Virus record (IMG/VR): IMGVR_UViG_3300013094_000036
Location: 1-64,000 of that record
DNA: 64,000 nt
Origin: a virus
Strand: one strand, 5' to 3'
Shown here: positions 1-10,015 of the stretch, one piece after another
Position numbering within the stretch: position 1 is the stretch's first letter
Layout: each line of letters starts with the position of its first letter
Made by a program: the position numbers and the translations under genes
The notes under the pieces: generated by a model
Seen by the model: the letters and a program-made list of their open reading frames with translations, nothing else
Database searches by the model: none
Told to the model about the DNA's origin: nothing

Positions 1-201
1 GGAATCAGGAACGCATGTGTACACATAGACTCATATGTAGACAAATTAACTGGATTTGAATTTAACGGCAAAAATTATTATCAAGGTGACATAATTAAAA
101 AAGATGACAAAGTGATAAATATAACTGATGTGCTAACTATTTTAGCCTATATGGGAAGTGATGATGAAAGAGATGCATATTTGCAAAATTTGCTCGGCTA
201 A
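1..201 (+). CDS. nrdA: 3' end of NrdA piece 1 fused to a short N-terminal split-intein half (partial, starts before the window)
   Basis: Frame 1 reads GIRNA|CVHIDSYVDKL...LQNLLG*. GIRNA matches the NrdA motif that precedes SATIFYPIWH in the next piece. Cys at nt 16-18 is the intein N-terminal nucleophile. Confidence 0.85.
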   Translation, partial: GIRNACVHIDSYVDKLTGFEFNGKNYYQGDIIKKDDKVINITDVLTILAYMGSDDERDAYLQNLLG

Positions 202-1087
202 CGTGAGCCAGTTACAACGACATCTGACTATGAGACATAACAGAATGAATTTAAATGAGTATCTCAAAGAATTCAAGTGTGGCGAAGAGTTTAACAAAAT
301 CGACAAAAACCTTCGAAAAGATAGGGCAAAAAATAGCCCGTGGTCAATTGAATATTATATATCTCGGGGTAAAACTGAAGAAGAAGCAGTTCTTTTAATT
401 AATGAAAAACGAAAAACACGAAAAAAACAAAAAACAACCCCGTCAAATTCAAATCACTGGGTATCTAAAGGGTATTCGTTAGAAGATGCTGAAATACGAG
501 CACAACAATATAGGTCTGATATAGGTCGTCTCCCTTCATTGGAATCATATATAACGAGGTTTGGAGAAACAATCGGCAAAGACAAATGGAATGAATACCA
601 ATCTAAAATTAAAAATCGTCAAGAAACTTTTTTATCTCGGGCATCTACTGTTAAACACGAGGCAAAATTAATTCGTTGGTTTAAAAATAGTCGGACAGAA
701 CACGGGCCTGTTTTGAAGAAATTTAGTTATGATAATTACGACAGTTATTGTGATGCAGTAAGAACAGCTACCAAAATATCGATTGCTGTATATGGAAATA
801 TCATCGATCCGGAAAAAAACAAATTAGGTATAATTTATGGTAAGAATGGATACGCTGTTGATCACAAATTTTCCAAATATGGCGGATTTGTCAACAAGAT
901 ACATCCATTAATTATAGGAAGTTATCAAAATTTACAACTAATACCAAAAAAAGAAAATTGCAGAAAAGGTCAATATTGTATTGTTGCAATCGAAGAGGTT
1001 CTTGGTTATAAAACAATATTAGACGACAAAGAAATATCATCCGACTTGAAGGACAGAATAAATGAAATTTTTATCGAACAGAGTTAA
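158..1087 (+). CDS. Free-standing HNH-type homing endonuclease between the intein halves
   Basis: C-terminal AVDHKFSK..GF..IHP..IG..QNL..IPKKEN..KG HNH-like motif; repeated W..KGY...EA DNA-binding-like segments. Confidence 0.75.
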   Translation: MMMKEMHICKICSANVSQLQRHLTMRHNRMNLNEYLKEFKCGEEFNKIDKNLRKDRAKNSPWSIEYYISRGKTEEEAVLLINEKRKTRKKQKTTPSNSNHWVSKGYSLEDAEIRAQQYRSDIGRLPSLESYITRFGETIGKDKWNEYQSKIKNRQETFLSRASTVKHEAKLIRWFKNSRTEHGPVLKKFSYDNYDSYCDAVRTATKISIAVYGNIIDPEKNKLGIIYGKNGYAVDHKFSKYGGFVNKIHPLIIGSYQNLQLIPKKENCRKGQYCIVAIEEVLGYKTILDDKEISSDLKDRINEIFIEQS

Positions 1088-2072
1088 AATTGATGAAGTA
1101 AAATTGGGAGATTTGGTACTATCTTGTGATATTGAAACACAAACGGATGTATATCGTAAAGTATTAAATGTCATGAGACCGATAGTTCCACATGAACACC
1201 AAGTAAAAATTACATCAACATCGGATGCTAAATTAATCACGAGCGACACACATCCTACTGCAATCAATGAATTTGGAAAAATCAAATATGTAAAGGGTGG
1301 TGATATTACTACGGCAGATTATGTAGTGTCTATTATCAACAAAAAAGATAAAGTTAAAGAAGTAACTTCTCCTAACGTATCAACTCAATATGCCGATTTT
1401 AGCATTGATGAACATGAAAATTATTATGCAGGGATAGAACCAGATAAATTATTATTAGCCCACAATAGTGCGACAATTTTTTATCCGATATGGCATCATC
1501 AATTTGATGATCTTATAGTTCTTAAAAATAATCAAGGGACTGAAGAAACACGAGTACGTCATATGGATTATGGTGTGGTTTTATCTGCTTTTTTCTGGCG
1601 TAGATTTAAAAATAAAGAGAATATCACCTTCTTTGATCCCAATGAAGTTCCAGATCTTTATGAAGCATTTTATCAAGACATAGATTTGTTTGAAAAACTT
1701 TATGTAAAATACGAACAAAGACGTGATCTAAGTACCAAAACAATGAGTGCAGAAGAAGTGTTTAGAGGCGGAATTCTCAAGGAGCGAACCGATACTGGCA
1801 GAATATATCTGGTTTATATTGACAATGTTCAGCGTCAAGGACCATTTGACACAAATATCCATACAATTTATCAAAGTAATTTATGTCTAGAAATTCTACT
1901 TCCCACAAAACCATTCAATAGTCTAGACGATGAAGGCGAATTCAAACTAACATTAGATAATGGTCAAGAAATAACATTACCTGGACAGCATAAAGTTCTA
2001 TTATCAAACGGCGAAAAAAAGAAGGTGAGAGAATTAACCGATGACGACGATATTAAAGACCTTTTGGTTTAG
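1062..2072 (+). CDS. nrdA: Split-intein C half (135 aa) + NrdA middle piece (radical Cys) + degenerate Hint tail
   Basis: Intein blocks TSDTH, YADFSID and terminal HN|S, then SATIFYPIWH, ERTDTGRIY and QSNLCLEI NrdA motifs. Confidence 0.9.
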   Translation: MKFLSNRVKIDEVKLGDLVLSCDIETQTDVYRKVLNVMRPIVPHEHQVKITSTSDAKLITSDTHPTAINEFGKIKYVKGGDITTADYVVSIINKKDKVKEVTSPNVSTQYADFSIDEHENYYAGIEPDKLLLAHNSATIFYPIWHHQFDDLIVLKNNQGTEETRVRHMDYGVVLSAFFWRRFKNKENITFFDPNEVPDLYEAFYQDIDLFEKLYVKYEQRRDLSTKTMSAEEVFRGGILKERTDTGRIYLVYIDNVQRQGPFDTNIHTIYQSNLCLEILLPTKPFNSLDDEGEFKLTLDNGQEITLPGQHKVLLSNGEKKKVRELTDDDDIKDLLV

Positions 2073-3144
2073 AGGTGTACAATTTCCCTCTTACCAATCC
2101 CATTTTTAATCCTTCGTCTTCAAACAATCTGTAGTTTTTTATGCCGTCATTAAACCATTTTTTTCCAACAATATATGAGGTATCTTTGTTTTTAGCACAT
2201 AATGATATTTTTTCCCTGCCTTCCTGTGTTAATATGACACCCGGAATTAATGATAGTTGCGAAATTAATAGATCATCTGGATCTAATGTGAAATTTCTAA
2301 CGCCGTCATTGAATCTCATTTTTGATTGTTGCCTGAGTGAATTTTTCAAATTATCTTCGGGAGTTCTTTTCCACGCGGCACCGCTTTTAATTCGCTCTAA
2401 GCCGTCTGGTGATATAAGTCTTCCAACAGAAAGACCTAAATCTTTTATTTTAACGTCGTTTAATTTTAGTTTATATGACTGTTTTCCGTCGTTGAACCAA
2501 AATCTGCCCGCCCGATCCTCAGATAAACTTTTTAAAGTTTCAACTGAATATTGTTTTTCCACCCCTTTAATTGGGCAGCCAGGTTGCAGATTTAATGATA
2601 AAATCACCGGATCAGTTTCAAATAACATAAAAAATTTATTACCATCTGTATACCATTTTTTACCTTTTCCAGGGGCCTGCATTTTTAAGTTAAATTCTTT
2701 TATTTTAGGAGAATCTGGATGACATCTATATCTAACACCATCTTCGTCGACATACCAAGATGTTCCTTTGGCTTTAGAAGGATTGAGGTCATTCCACATC
2801 TTAAAAGTTTCTTTTCTGATTTTTTTAGAAATTTCAAATTGTCTAGATGTGAGAAAATTTCTATAAGAATTAGACTTGCTATAAACACTCATACAACCAA
2901 AAGCAAAACGAAGTTTATACCACACATCGTCGATTCCAACTTTAGAAAGCATCCAGTGTGCAATAAAATGTTCTCGTACAGTAAGTTCGATCAAATTAGA
3001 AACAGAATCGTCGCCGCCTGCACATTTGGGGACAATATGATGAAGTTCTACCATAGAATTTGGTGGTATGATTCTCGTTTGTCTGGTATTAATAAATTTA
3101 GTATATCTAGACCAATAAATGGAATTTGTGTTAATTTTATGCAT
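2053..3144 (-). CDS. HNH homing endonuclease, antisense, splitting nrdA
   Basis: ELHHIVPKCAGGDD..NLIELT.REHFIAHWML motif; repeated W(F/Y)NDG modules. Confidence 0.9.
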   Translation of the reverse strand: MHKINTNSIYWSRYTKFINTRQTRIIPPNSMVELHHIVPKCAGGDDSVSNLIELTVREHFIAHWMLSKVGIDDVWYKLRFAFGCMSVYSKSNSYRNFLTSRQFEISKKIRKETFKMWNDLNPSKAKGTSWYVDEDGVRYRCHPDSPKIKEFNLKMQAPGKGKKWYTDGNKFFMLFETDPVILSLNLQPGCPIKGVEKQYSVETLKSLSEDRAGRFWFNDGKQSYKLKLNDVKIKDLGLSVGRLISPDGLERIKSGAAWKRTPEDNLKNSLRQQSKMRFNDGVRNFTLDPDDLLISQLSLIPGVILTQEGREKISLCAKNKDTSYIVGKKWFNDGIKNYRLFEDEGLKMGLVRGKLYTSKPKGL

Positions 3145-3195
3145 TGTGTACCTTATGCTGTATAAATAGTATTTATATGAAATGGAATTAAAAAA

Positions 3196-4170
3196 ATGAA
3201 AATAATTAAAAAAGAATGCACTCGTGAAGTACCAAAAATAGCTCTGTGTACTCTTGGATCAGTGAATTGGGGTGCATTTAGAAATCCAGAGGACATGCGT
3301 AGGGCTTGCAGAATCCTTCTTCGCAGTCTCAACAACATTCTAGATTATCAAGACTTTTTGAGTATTCAAAGTAAGTTGAGCAATGATGAAATCAGACCTA
3401 TTGGAATAGGAATCACAAACCTTGCCTATTGGCATGCAAAAAGAGGACTTCGTTACGGAACACCAGAAGCATTGGCAGAAGTTAAATCATGGCAAGAACA
3501 CTGTGCATATTACCTAACAGAAGCAACCGTTGAACTTGCACAAGAACGCGGTAAATGTCTTCACAGCGATAAAACATATTATGGACAGGGAATTTTTCCC
3601 TGGGAACGCAGAAATGCCGGTGTAAATGAACTAGCAGATTTCACTCCAGAACTAGACTGGGAACCACTACGCGAACAGATGAAGAAATACGGAGTAAGAA
3701 ATGCAACTCTCATGGCAGTGGCACCAGTAGAAAGTAGTTCCGTGGTTATTAACTCTACTAACGGTATCGAGATGCCAATGAGTTTGATCACAACAAAAGA
3801 AAGCAAGGCAGGTTCTCTGGTACAAGTAGTACCAGAATATAACCGTCTGAAATCTCGCTATCAATTAATGTGGGACCAAACAGATTGTGTGGATTATCTC
3901 AAGACCGCTGCTGTGATACAGGCATATGTTGATCAGAGTATCAGCACGAATACATTCTATAATCCTGCTCATTTTCCGGATGGAAAAATTCCTACAACTC
4001 TGATTGCAAAGAATTTGATGAATTTTATGAAATGGGGCGGAAAGGGACTATATTATAGCCTAATTTCAAAGCAGGGAGTAAAACAGGATTTATCCAAACA
4101 TAGTGTACAAACTCAAACTATACAGCCGGACGATTATGACGAGGAATCCTGCGACTCCTGTAAATTGTAG
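3196..4170 (+). CDS. nrdA: NrdA C-terminal piece
   Basis: IALCTLG (E. coli Cys462 equivalent), RPIGIG, APVESSS, NGIE, DQSISTN, LYY and C-terminal CDSCKL. Confidence 0.95.
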   Translation: MKIIKKECTREVPKIALCTLGSVNWGAFRNPEDMRRACRILLRSLNNILDYQDFLSIQSKLSNDEIRPIGIGITNLAYWHAKRGLRYGTPEALAEVKSWQEHCAYYLTEATVELAQERGKCLHSDKTYYGQGIFPWERRNAGVNELADFTPELDWEPLREQMKKYGVRNATLMAVAPVESSSVVINSTNGIEMPMSLITTKESKAGSLVQVVPEYNRLKSRYQLMWDQTDCVDYLKTAAVIQAYVDQSISTNTFYNPAHFPDGKIPTTLIAKNLMNFMKWGGKGLYYSLISKQGVKQDLSKHSVQTQTIQPDDYDEESCDSCKL

Positions 4171-4221
4171 TATATTCACTAAATAATAATAACTACTATT
4201 ATTTAGTGAATAAATAAAGTT

Positions 4222-4989
4222 ATGAACTACAAAAAACACTACGAAAAACTTATAGAAAGAAGTAAAACCAGAATACTTGAGGGATATGTGGAAAAACATC
4301 ACATAGTCCCCAAATGCTTAGGTGGAACAGATGAACCAAGTAACATTGCTATATTGACTCCTGAAGAACACTTTTTGGCACATCAGTTATTAATAAAAAT
4401 GTATCCAGGAAATAGAGATTTGATTTACGCAACACAACTTATGACAGTTCATCACACCGATGTCAGGGTCAATAACAAACTTTTTGGATGGTTGAGAAGG
4501 CAATGTGCGTTGGTTATGTCAGAACAAACTAAGAACTGGATTCAAAAAAATGGACATCCACGTGGGATGTTAGGTAAAACTCATACAACTGAAAAAAAGA
4601 AACTAATTTCATTGGCTGTAAAAAAATCAATGATTGAATCTGTTGGTGTCAAAGTGTATGCATATAATTTAGACGGATCATTTTATAAGGAATTTAGGAC
4701 TATATCCGATTGTGCCGAACACCTGAATACAAACCCATCGAATGTTAAGTATACGGCGGAAGGTAGATTTTCATATTGTAAAGGTAAACAATTGAGATAT
4801 GAATACAGTGATAGTATTCCTGCTTATGTTAAACCGATTCATCCATTAATTGGGAGAGTTCGCACAGAAGAACATAAAAAAAATCTTAGGGAGTCGTATA
4901 AAAATCGTCCTGGCAGAACCCCAGAGCAGAACGCCCATCACAGTATGAAAATGAAAGAATATCACGCAAGGAAAAAGAATAATGAGTAA
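4222..4989 (+). CDS. HNH homing endonuclease (MobE-like) between nrdA and nrdB
   Basis: YVEKHHIVPKCLGG..N...LTPEEHFLAH motif; NUMOD-like C-terminus. Confidence 0.9.
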   Translation: MNYKKHYEKLIERSKTRILEGYVEKHHIVPKCLGGTDEPSNIAILTPEEHFLAHQLLIKMYPGNRDLIYATQLMTVHHTDVRVNNKLFGWLRRQCALVMSEQTKNWIQKNGHPRGMLGKTHTTEKKKLISLAVKKSMIESVGVKVYAYNLDGSFYKEFRTISDCAEHLNTNPSNVKYTAEGRFSYCKGKQLRYEYSDSIPAYVKPIHPLIGRVRTEEHKKNLRESYKNRPGRTPEQNAHHSMKMKEYHARKKNNE

Positions 4990-6082
4990 TCAACAATATG
5001 ATTTGTCAAAACAAACGGATTATCTTAACAGAAAGATGTTTTTGGACCCTGCTGGTCCAGTAACCGTACAAAGATTCGAGGAGTATAGGTACCCAAAAAT
5101 TGCCAAATATGAACAGGAGCAACGTGGATTTTTCTGGGTTCCAGAAGAAATCTCTCTCACCAAAGATGCCTCTGATTTCAAAAATGCCAGCGAGGCTGTA
5201 AAACATATTTTTACCAGTAATCTTCTACGACAGACTGCACTTGACAGTCTTCAAGGACGCGCTCCAATACAGGTATTCTCACCTGTACTAAGCCTGCCCG
5301 AAATCGAAGCACTTGTATCTATTTGGAGTGCTTTTGAAACTAATATTCACAGTAAAAGTTACAGTCATATTATTCAAAATATCTATAACGTTCCAAAAGA
5401 TGTATTCAACACAATACATGATACCCAGGAAATCGTTGATATGGCTGCAAATATTGGTAAATATTACAATGATTTACATGTTGTAAATTGTAAAAAAGAA
5501 CTGGGAATACCAGTTGATGAATACGAGCATATCAAGGCTATTTGGTTGGCATTGAATGCCAGTTATGCACTCGAAGCTTTCAGGTTCATGGTTAGTTTTG
5601 CAACAAGCTTGGCCATGGTTGAAAATAGAATTTTCATCGGTAATGGTAATATTATCAGCCTTATCCTTCAAGATGAACTTTTGCACAAAGAGTGGACAGC
5701 CTGGATGATCAATCAAGTAGTAAAAGAAGACACACGTTTTGCACAGGCTAAACGGGAATGTGAAGATGAAGTATATGCCATGTATAATAGTGTGATACAG
5801 GAAGAAAAATCCTGGGCTGACTATCTGTTTATAAAAGGCCCTGTGATTGGATTGAACGCAGCGATTTTAAAAGATTTTGTGGATTTTACAGCATCAGCGG
5901 CACTAAAAGATATTGGAATCAAATATAAAGGTTCTGCACCACGAACAACTCCTATTCCATGGTTTAACAAACATGCCAATCCCAGCAAAAAGCAAACTGC
6001 TCTGCAAGAAAATGAATCAACCAATTATGTAATTGGAGTTTTGTCAGCAGATCTAAATTACGATCAATTGCCTGATGTTTAA
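4982..6082 (+). CDS. nrdB: Ribonucleotide reductase class Ia beta subunit
   Basis: FFWVPEEI, LDSLQGR, FETNIHSKSY, LEAFRF and DELLH iron-ligand and radical Tyr motifs. Confidence 0.97.
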   Translation: MSNQQYDLSKQTDYLNRKMFLDPAGPVTVQRFEEYRYPKIAKYEQEQRGFFWVPEEISLTKDASDFKNASEAVKHIFTSNLLRQTALDSLQGRAPIQVFSPVLSLPEIEALVSIWSAFETNIHSKSYSHIIQNIYNVPKDVFNTIHDTQEIVDMAANIGKYYNDLHVVNCKKELGIPVDEYEHIKAIWLALNASYALEAFRFMVSFATSLAMVENRIFIGNGNIISLILQDELLHKEWTAWMINQVVKEDTRFAQAKRECEDEVYAMYNSVIQEEKSWADYLFIKGPVIGLNAAILKDFVDFTASAALKDIGIKYKGSAPRTTPIPWFNKHANPSKKQTALQENESTNYVIGVLSADLNYDQLPDV

Positions 6083-6764
6083 AATCGCTGTAGTTACTCC
6101 ATATTACCGAGAAGACGCAGAGACACTGAATAGGTGTCATGATTCTGTTTTATCACAAAATCATGACACTGTTCAACATTTTATGATTGCTGATGGAGAC
6201 CCTCATCCTCTAATACAGCATTGGAACAAAACACAACACATAATTTTATCACAGTCACATCGAGATGCTGGTGCAACCCCAAGAGTAATAGGTGCCATCT
6301 CTGCCTTTAGTCAAGGTTATGATGTTGTATCATTTTTAGACGCAGATAATACTTATGAACCAGATCATATAAAAACGTTAGTTCCGTTACTGAATGGACA
6401 TGATTTAGTAACGGCAACACGCAACATTTGCTCATTAGACGGAGAAATCCTTTACACTGATACAACTGAAAGTAACGGTGAAACTTTTTGTGATACCAAC
6501 TGTTTATTCCTGGGCAAAAATACCTTTTACCTGCTACCTTATTGGATTGTACAGGCGGAATATCGGCTGTGGAGTGACAGAAATTTTTGGGAAGCAATCA
6601 AGCAATCAAAATTATCTAGAATTCATTGCAAAATTCCAACGGTAAATTACTACACACGCTGGGCATGGCATTATCAACATGCAGGGAAAGTTCCACCAGA
6701 TGACAGCGTTTGGATTGACAAAACATCAAACGGCGAGATAATACATAGAAGACACAAACAATAG
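6075..6764 (+). CDS. Glycosyltransferase family 2
   Basis: VVTPYY N-terminus, IADG, FLDADN DxD motif. Confidence 0.85.
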   Translation: MFKIAVVTPYYREDAETLNRCHDSVLSQNHDTVQHFMIADGDPHPLIQHWNKTQHIILSQSHRDAGATPRVIGAISAFSQGYDVVSFLDADNTYEPDHIKTLVPLLNGHDLVTATRNICSLDGEILYTDTTESNGETFCDTNCLFLGKNTFYLLPYWIVQAEYRLWSDRNFWEAIKQSKLSRIHCKIPTVNYYTRWAWHYQHAGKVPPDDSVWIDKTSNGEIIHRRHKQ

Positions 6765-6774
6765 GAGATATAAA

Positions 6775-7044
6775 ATGCAAGCGGAAATTTATACAAAAAC
6801 AATTTGTCCTTTCTGTACCCGAGCCAAGGCTCTGCTTAATGAAAAAGGAATTCCCTATCAAGAATATATTATAAGTGCTGGTATAAACGAATCCAACATT
6901 GCGTCTAATCAGCAGTTTATCACCAAAGATGTTTTGCTTACAAGACTTCCTACTGCAGAAACAGTTCCACAAATTTGGTTGGATGGTCAGCATATTGGAG
7001 GATATACAGAATTATCTGAATATTTTGCTGAAAACTCCAAGTGA
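6775..7044 (+). CDS. Glutaredoxin
   Basis: CPFC, TVPQI and IGGY motifs. Confidence 0.95.
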   Translation: MQAEIYTKTICPFCTRAKALLNEKGIPYQEYIISAGINESNIASNQQFITKDVLLTRLPTAETVPQIWLDGQHIGGYTELSEYFAENSK

Positions 7045-7114
7045 ACTACTGTTGGTCTAAAGACGCAACAGGCTTGCGCGGTGAAAAACTAAATAAAATA
7101 TCTGGAGATATTAT

Positions 7115-7999
7115 TTGCCATTAAATCCGCCGTCATATCTGGGACAAGATGTTTGGTATAGTCCAAGTGTGTATGTAAATCAAGTTCCTGTTGCACTATG
7201 GCAACCTGCTGTACCACAACCTAGTGCCTTACATTCCTTGCCAACTATACCAAGTCCCAAATATAATCTCACGCAAGAGCAAATATCTTTTGCAACTAGC
7301 GAACAAAATACTACATATTATATCATAGATGCTGACGGCAATCATACTTATGTACCAGCAGGAACTCCAGGTGCAATTGCTGAAGCAACTGCACCAGGCC
7401 CAGATGCTCTACCAGGACAGATGAATGGAGCACAAACCACTGCAGTGGATGCAGCTGCTGTTGGTCAAGGAGGTTATGCAGCCTTCATAGGCAATATGAA
7501 CAGGGTTTTAGCAGAGGCAAGAGGCGGTGCTTGGCGTGGTGGTGCATCTAATCAAAATATTCAAAAAATGCTAGCCACAGTTGGTATCGGTGCTGGCAGT
7601 GTTTTTCCATCTGGACATAGTTTTTGGTGTGCTGCTTTTATGGGTTGGATGCTGAAAATAAGTGGATTGAAATATGTAGTTGGGGCTCAAAGTGGATATT
7701 GTAGTGCATCTGCACCATCTTATATTAATTACGGACAATCTATAGACATACGAGATCCCAGTAAATGGCGGCAAGGCGATGTGGCTGTTGTTGGATCACA
7801 TGGCAATACAAGTTCTGGTAGCCATGTCACCTTTCTCTGGAGTTATCCAGGTAATGGATGGTATAAATGTCTTGGAGGCAATCAAGGCAACACACCTGGG
7901 GATGTCAACCTAGGTGGATTTCAAATAAATTCCTTTAAGTATATTGGCAGAGCCTGGGATGATCCTGGCCGTCCATTACCATCATTTCCAGCATCTTAA
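7115..7999 (+). CDS. CHAP/NlpC-P60-like (TIGR02594-like) cell-wall hydrolase domain protein
   Basis: WCAAF, GDVAV, SHVTF and LGGNQ motifs. Confidence 0.75.
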   Translation: MPLNPPSYLGQDVWYSPSVYVNQVPVALWQPAVPQPSALHSLPTIPSPKYNLTQEQISFATSEQNTTYYIIDADGNHTYVPAGTPGAIAEATAPGPDALPGQMNGAQTTAVDAAAVGQGGYAAFIGNMNRVLAEARGGAWRGGASNQNIQKMLATVGIGAGSVFPSGHSFWCAAFMGWMLKISGLKYVVGAQSGYCSASAPSYINYGQSIDIRDPSKWRQGDVAVVGSHGNTSSGSHVTFLWSYPGNGWYKCLGGNQGNTPGDVNLGGFQINSFKYIGRAWDDPGRPLPSFPAS

Positions 8000-8051
8000 C
8001 AGTTGATTATTGCTCTCTATATTTTATATAATATAACCCAAGGAGATTATC

Positions 8052-8387
8052 ATGTTAAGTATAAAAAATTCATATGGAGTTGATGACATAGTTAGTATTA
8101 AACTGACAAACGGTGATGAAATTATTGGCAAATGCGTTTTTGTTGATGATAAAACAATTACAGTTACCAAGCCATTATTAATGGTATTGGGGCAAGATCC
8201 TAACACAGGTCGGCCAGGAATTTCTATGGCTCCATTTTGGATGCTTGGTGCAGACCCAACGAGTAACTATACTATAAATCATAGCCAAATTATCTGTACT
8301 TTAAAATCAAATTCTGACGCATCCAAGGGTTACATTGCTCAAACAACTGGACTTACCATACCTTCTGGTGGTGGGCTAATTACCTAA
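8052..8387 (+). CDS. Conserved Sm-like-fold phage protein
   Basis: IKLTNGDEIIG...P(F)W pattern with C-terminal GLTIP. Confidence 0.55.
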   Translation: MLSIKNSYGVDDIVSIKLTNGDEIIGKCVFVDDKTITVTKPLLMVLGQDPNTGRPGISMAPFWMLGADPTSNYTINHSQIICTLKSNSDASKGYIAQTTGLTIPSGGGLIT

Positions 8388-8441
8388 TTCATTTTACGCT
8401 CGCAGTGGATATCATCGTTATCAACTGCTTACAATTTAATC

Positions 8442-8470
8442 ACCGCGTGTTCTTTGGGCACGCGGTTTTT
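8442..8470 (+). terminator. Intrinsic terminator
   Basis: ccgcgtgt/gcacgcgg stem followed by a T run. Confidence 0.7.
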
Positions 8471-8584
8471 CAGTAAAAAATATAAAAAAACCATAATTTT
8501 ACCTTAATTAAACCTAGTAAAAAACAAAATTCTACTGCTTAATAATATCTGAAGGAGATCATTCCTTCATTATAGGAGAGACAA

Positions 8585-8836
8585 ATGAAAAAGTTAATGT
8601 TGGCATTTTTTGGACTATCGTTTGCAACTGGCGTGGCAGGATTTGCAACTGCCAGCATGGCACAGGACAAGTCAGTTGATAAGAAACCCACAGTTACATC
8701 ACCTGCAAAGACACCAGTTGTAAAGCCAGTAGATCATGCTGCTGTTAAACCTGCCGGTGTCACTACCACAAAGACTGAGACAAAACCTGCTCCTCAACAT
8801 GGCAGTCAAAAAGATCCTGCAGCAAAATCTAACTGA
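8585..8836 (+). CDS. Small secreted Lys/Pro-rich protein
   Basis: Signal peptide ending ASMA, low-complexity mature part, GGAG RBS. Confidence 0.6.
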   Translation: MKKLMLAFFGLSFATGVAGFATASMAQDKSVDKKPTVTSPAKTPVVKPVDHAAVKPAGVTTTKTETKPAPQHGSQKDPAAKSN

Positions 8837-8846
8837 AATTCACGAC

Positions 8847-8876
8847 AAAATAGGGACTGAATAGTCCCTATTTTTT
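8847..8876 (+). terminator. Intrinsic (probably bidirectional) terminator
   Basis: aaaatagggact-gaat-agtccctattttt. Confidence 0.8.
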
Positions 8877-8939
8877 ATTCTACATGCAAAAAATTTACCC
8901 TGAATACTATTAAATATAGTTTTAAATCACAGGGAAATT

Positions 8940-9995
8940 ATGGCACGAATACTTTTCATTCTAAAAAGACGCCCAGATTATAATCAAAAAATTCATAATC
9001 ATGTTGGTATAAGCACTGGTCTGTTTAACAGTGTAAAATTCATGGACACTATGCTTCAGGAAGCAGGTGTAGAAAGCAAAATGTTTGTGGCTGTTGATAA
9101 TAATTGTATTGACAGAGAAGTTCGCGCCTACAAACCAACACACGTAATTATAGAAGCACTTTGGGTTGTACCCACTAAATTTGATGTTTTATCAAAACTG
9201 CACCCCACTGTAACTTGGATAATACGACTGCACAGTGAAATGCCTTTTATTGCAAGTGAAGGTATAGCCATGGATTGGCTGGGTGATTATGCCAGATTTA
9301 AAAATATTATCATAGGAGTCAATGCACCACGAATGATGGAGGAAACAAAAACGTTTCTTCAAACAGTATATGATTGGACAGAGGATGAGTTAGACCGGCG
9401 TGTTATATACATGCCAAATTTTTATCCACAAGATTATAAAACTAAAACATTTAATCCAGATAACGAATATTTAAATATAAGTTGTTTTGGTGCAATACGA
9501 CCACTTAAAAATCACCTATTACAAGCTATTTGTGCAGTAGAATTTGCCGAGTCACTGGGTAGAAAATGCAGATTTCACATAAACAGTGGACGCATTGAAA
9601 TGAAAGGTGAGCCAATACTTAATAATCTGAAAGGAATGTTCCAGCACTTGGCAGACAAAGGACACCAATTGGTCAGTCATGAATGGACTCCTCGCGATAA
9701 GTTTTTAGAGATTTGTGCTGAAATGGATATTGGCATGCAGGCAAGTATATCTGAAACATTCAATATAGTTGCTGCTGATCATTTAAGTCAAGGAGTGCCT
9801 GTTGTTACCAGCCGAGAAATGCCCTGGGCTATTCGATGGTTCTGTGCAAATCCAGTAGAAAGAACTGATATTATAAAAAAACTAAAAAGAGTCTGGCGGT
9901 TCCCAGAATTAAATGTGATGACAAATCAATATAGTTTGACTGCCTACACAAACCAAACACGAAAAATTTGGTTGAATTATTTTCAGGATAAATAA
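8940..9995 (+). CDS. GT-B (family 4-like) glycosyltransferase
   Basis: FGAIRPLKN and SISETFNIVAAD..S.GVPVV motifs. Confidence 0.75.
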   Translation: MARILFILKRRPDYNQKIHNHVGISTGLFNSVKFMDTMLQEAGVESKMFVAVDNNCIDREVRAYKPTHVIIEALWVVPTKFDVLSKLHPTVTWIIRLHSEMPFIASEGIAMDWLGDYARFKNIIIGVNAPRMMEETKTFLQTVYDWTEDELDRRVIYMPNFYPQDYKTKTFNPDNEYLNISCFGAIRPLKNHLLQAICAVEFAESLGRKCRFHINSGRIEMKGEPILNNLKGMFQHLADKGHQLVSHEWTPRDKFLEICAEMDIGMQASISETFNIVAADHLSQGVPVVTSREMPWAIRWFCANPVERTDIIKKLKRVWRFPELNVMTNQYSLTAYTNQTRKIWLNYFQDK

Positions 9996-10015
9996 CAGCG
10001 GTTGGGAGAAATTAA

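Noticed and set aside
202-3195. Group I/II introns explaining the nrdA breaks
   Set aside because: The intervals are filled edge to edge by endonuclease ORFs (one antisense), no ribozyme core is visible, and the flanking pieces carry intein-type protein motifs.
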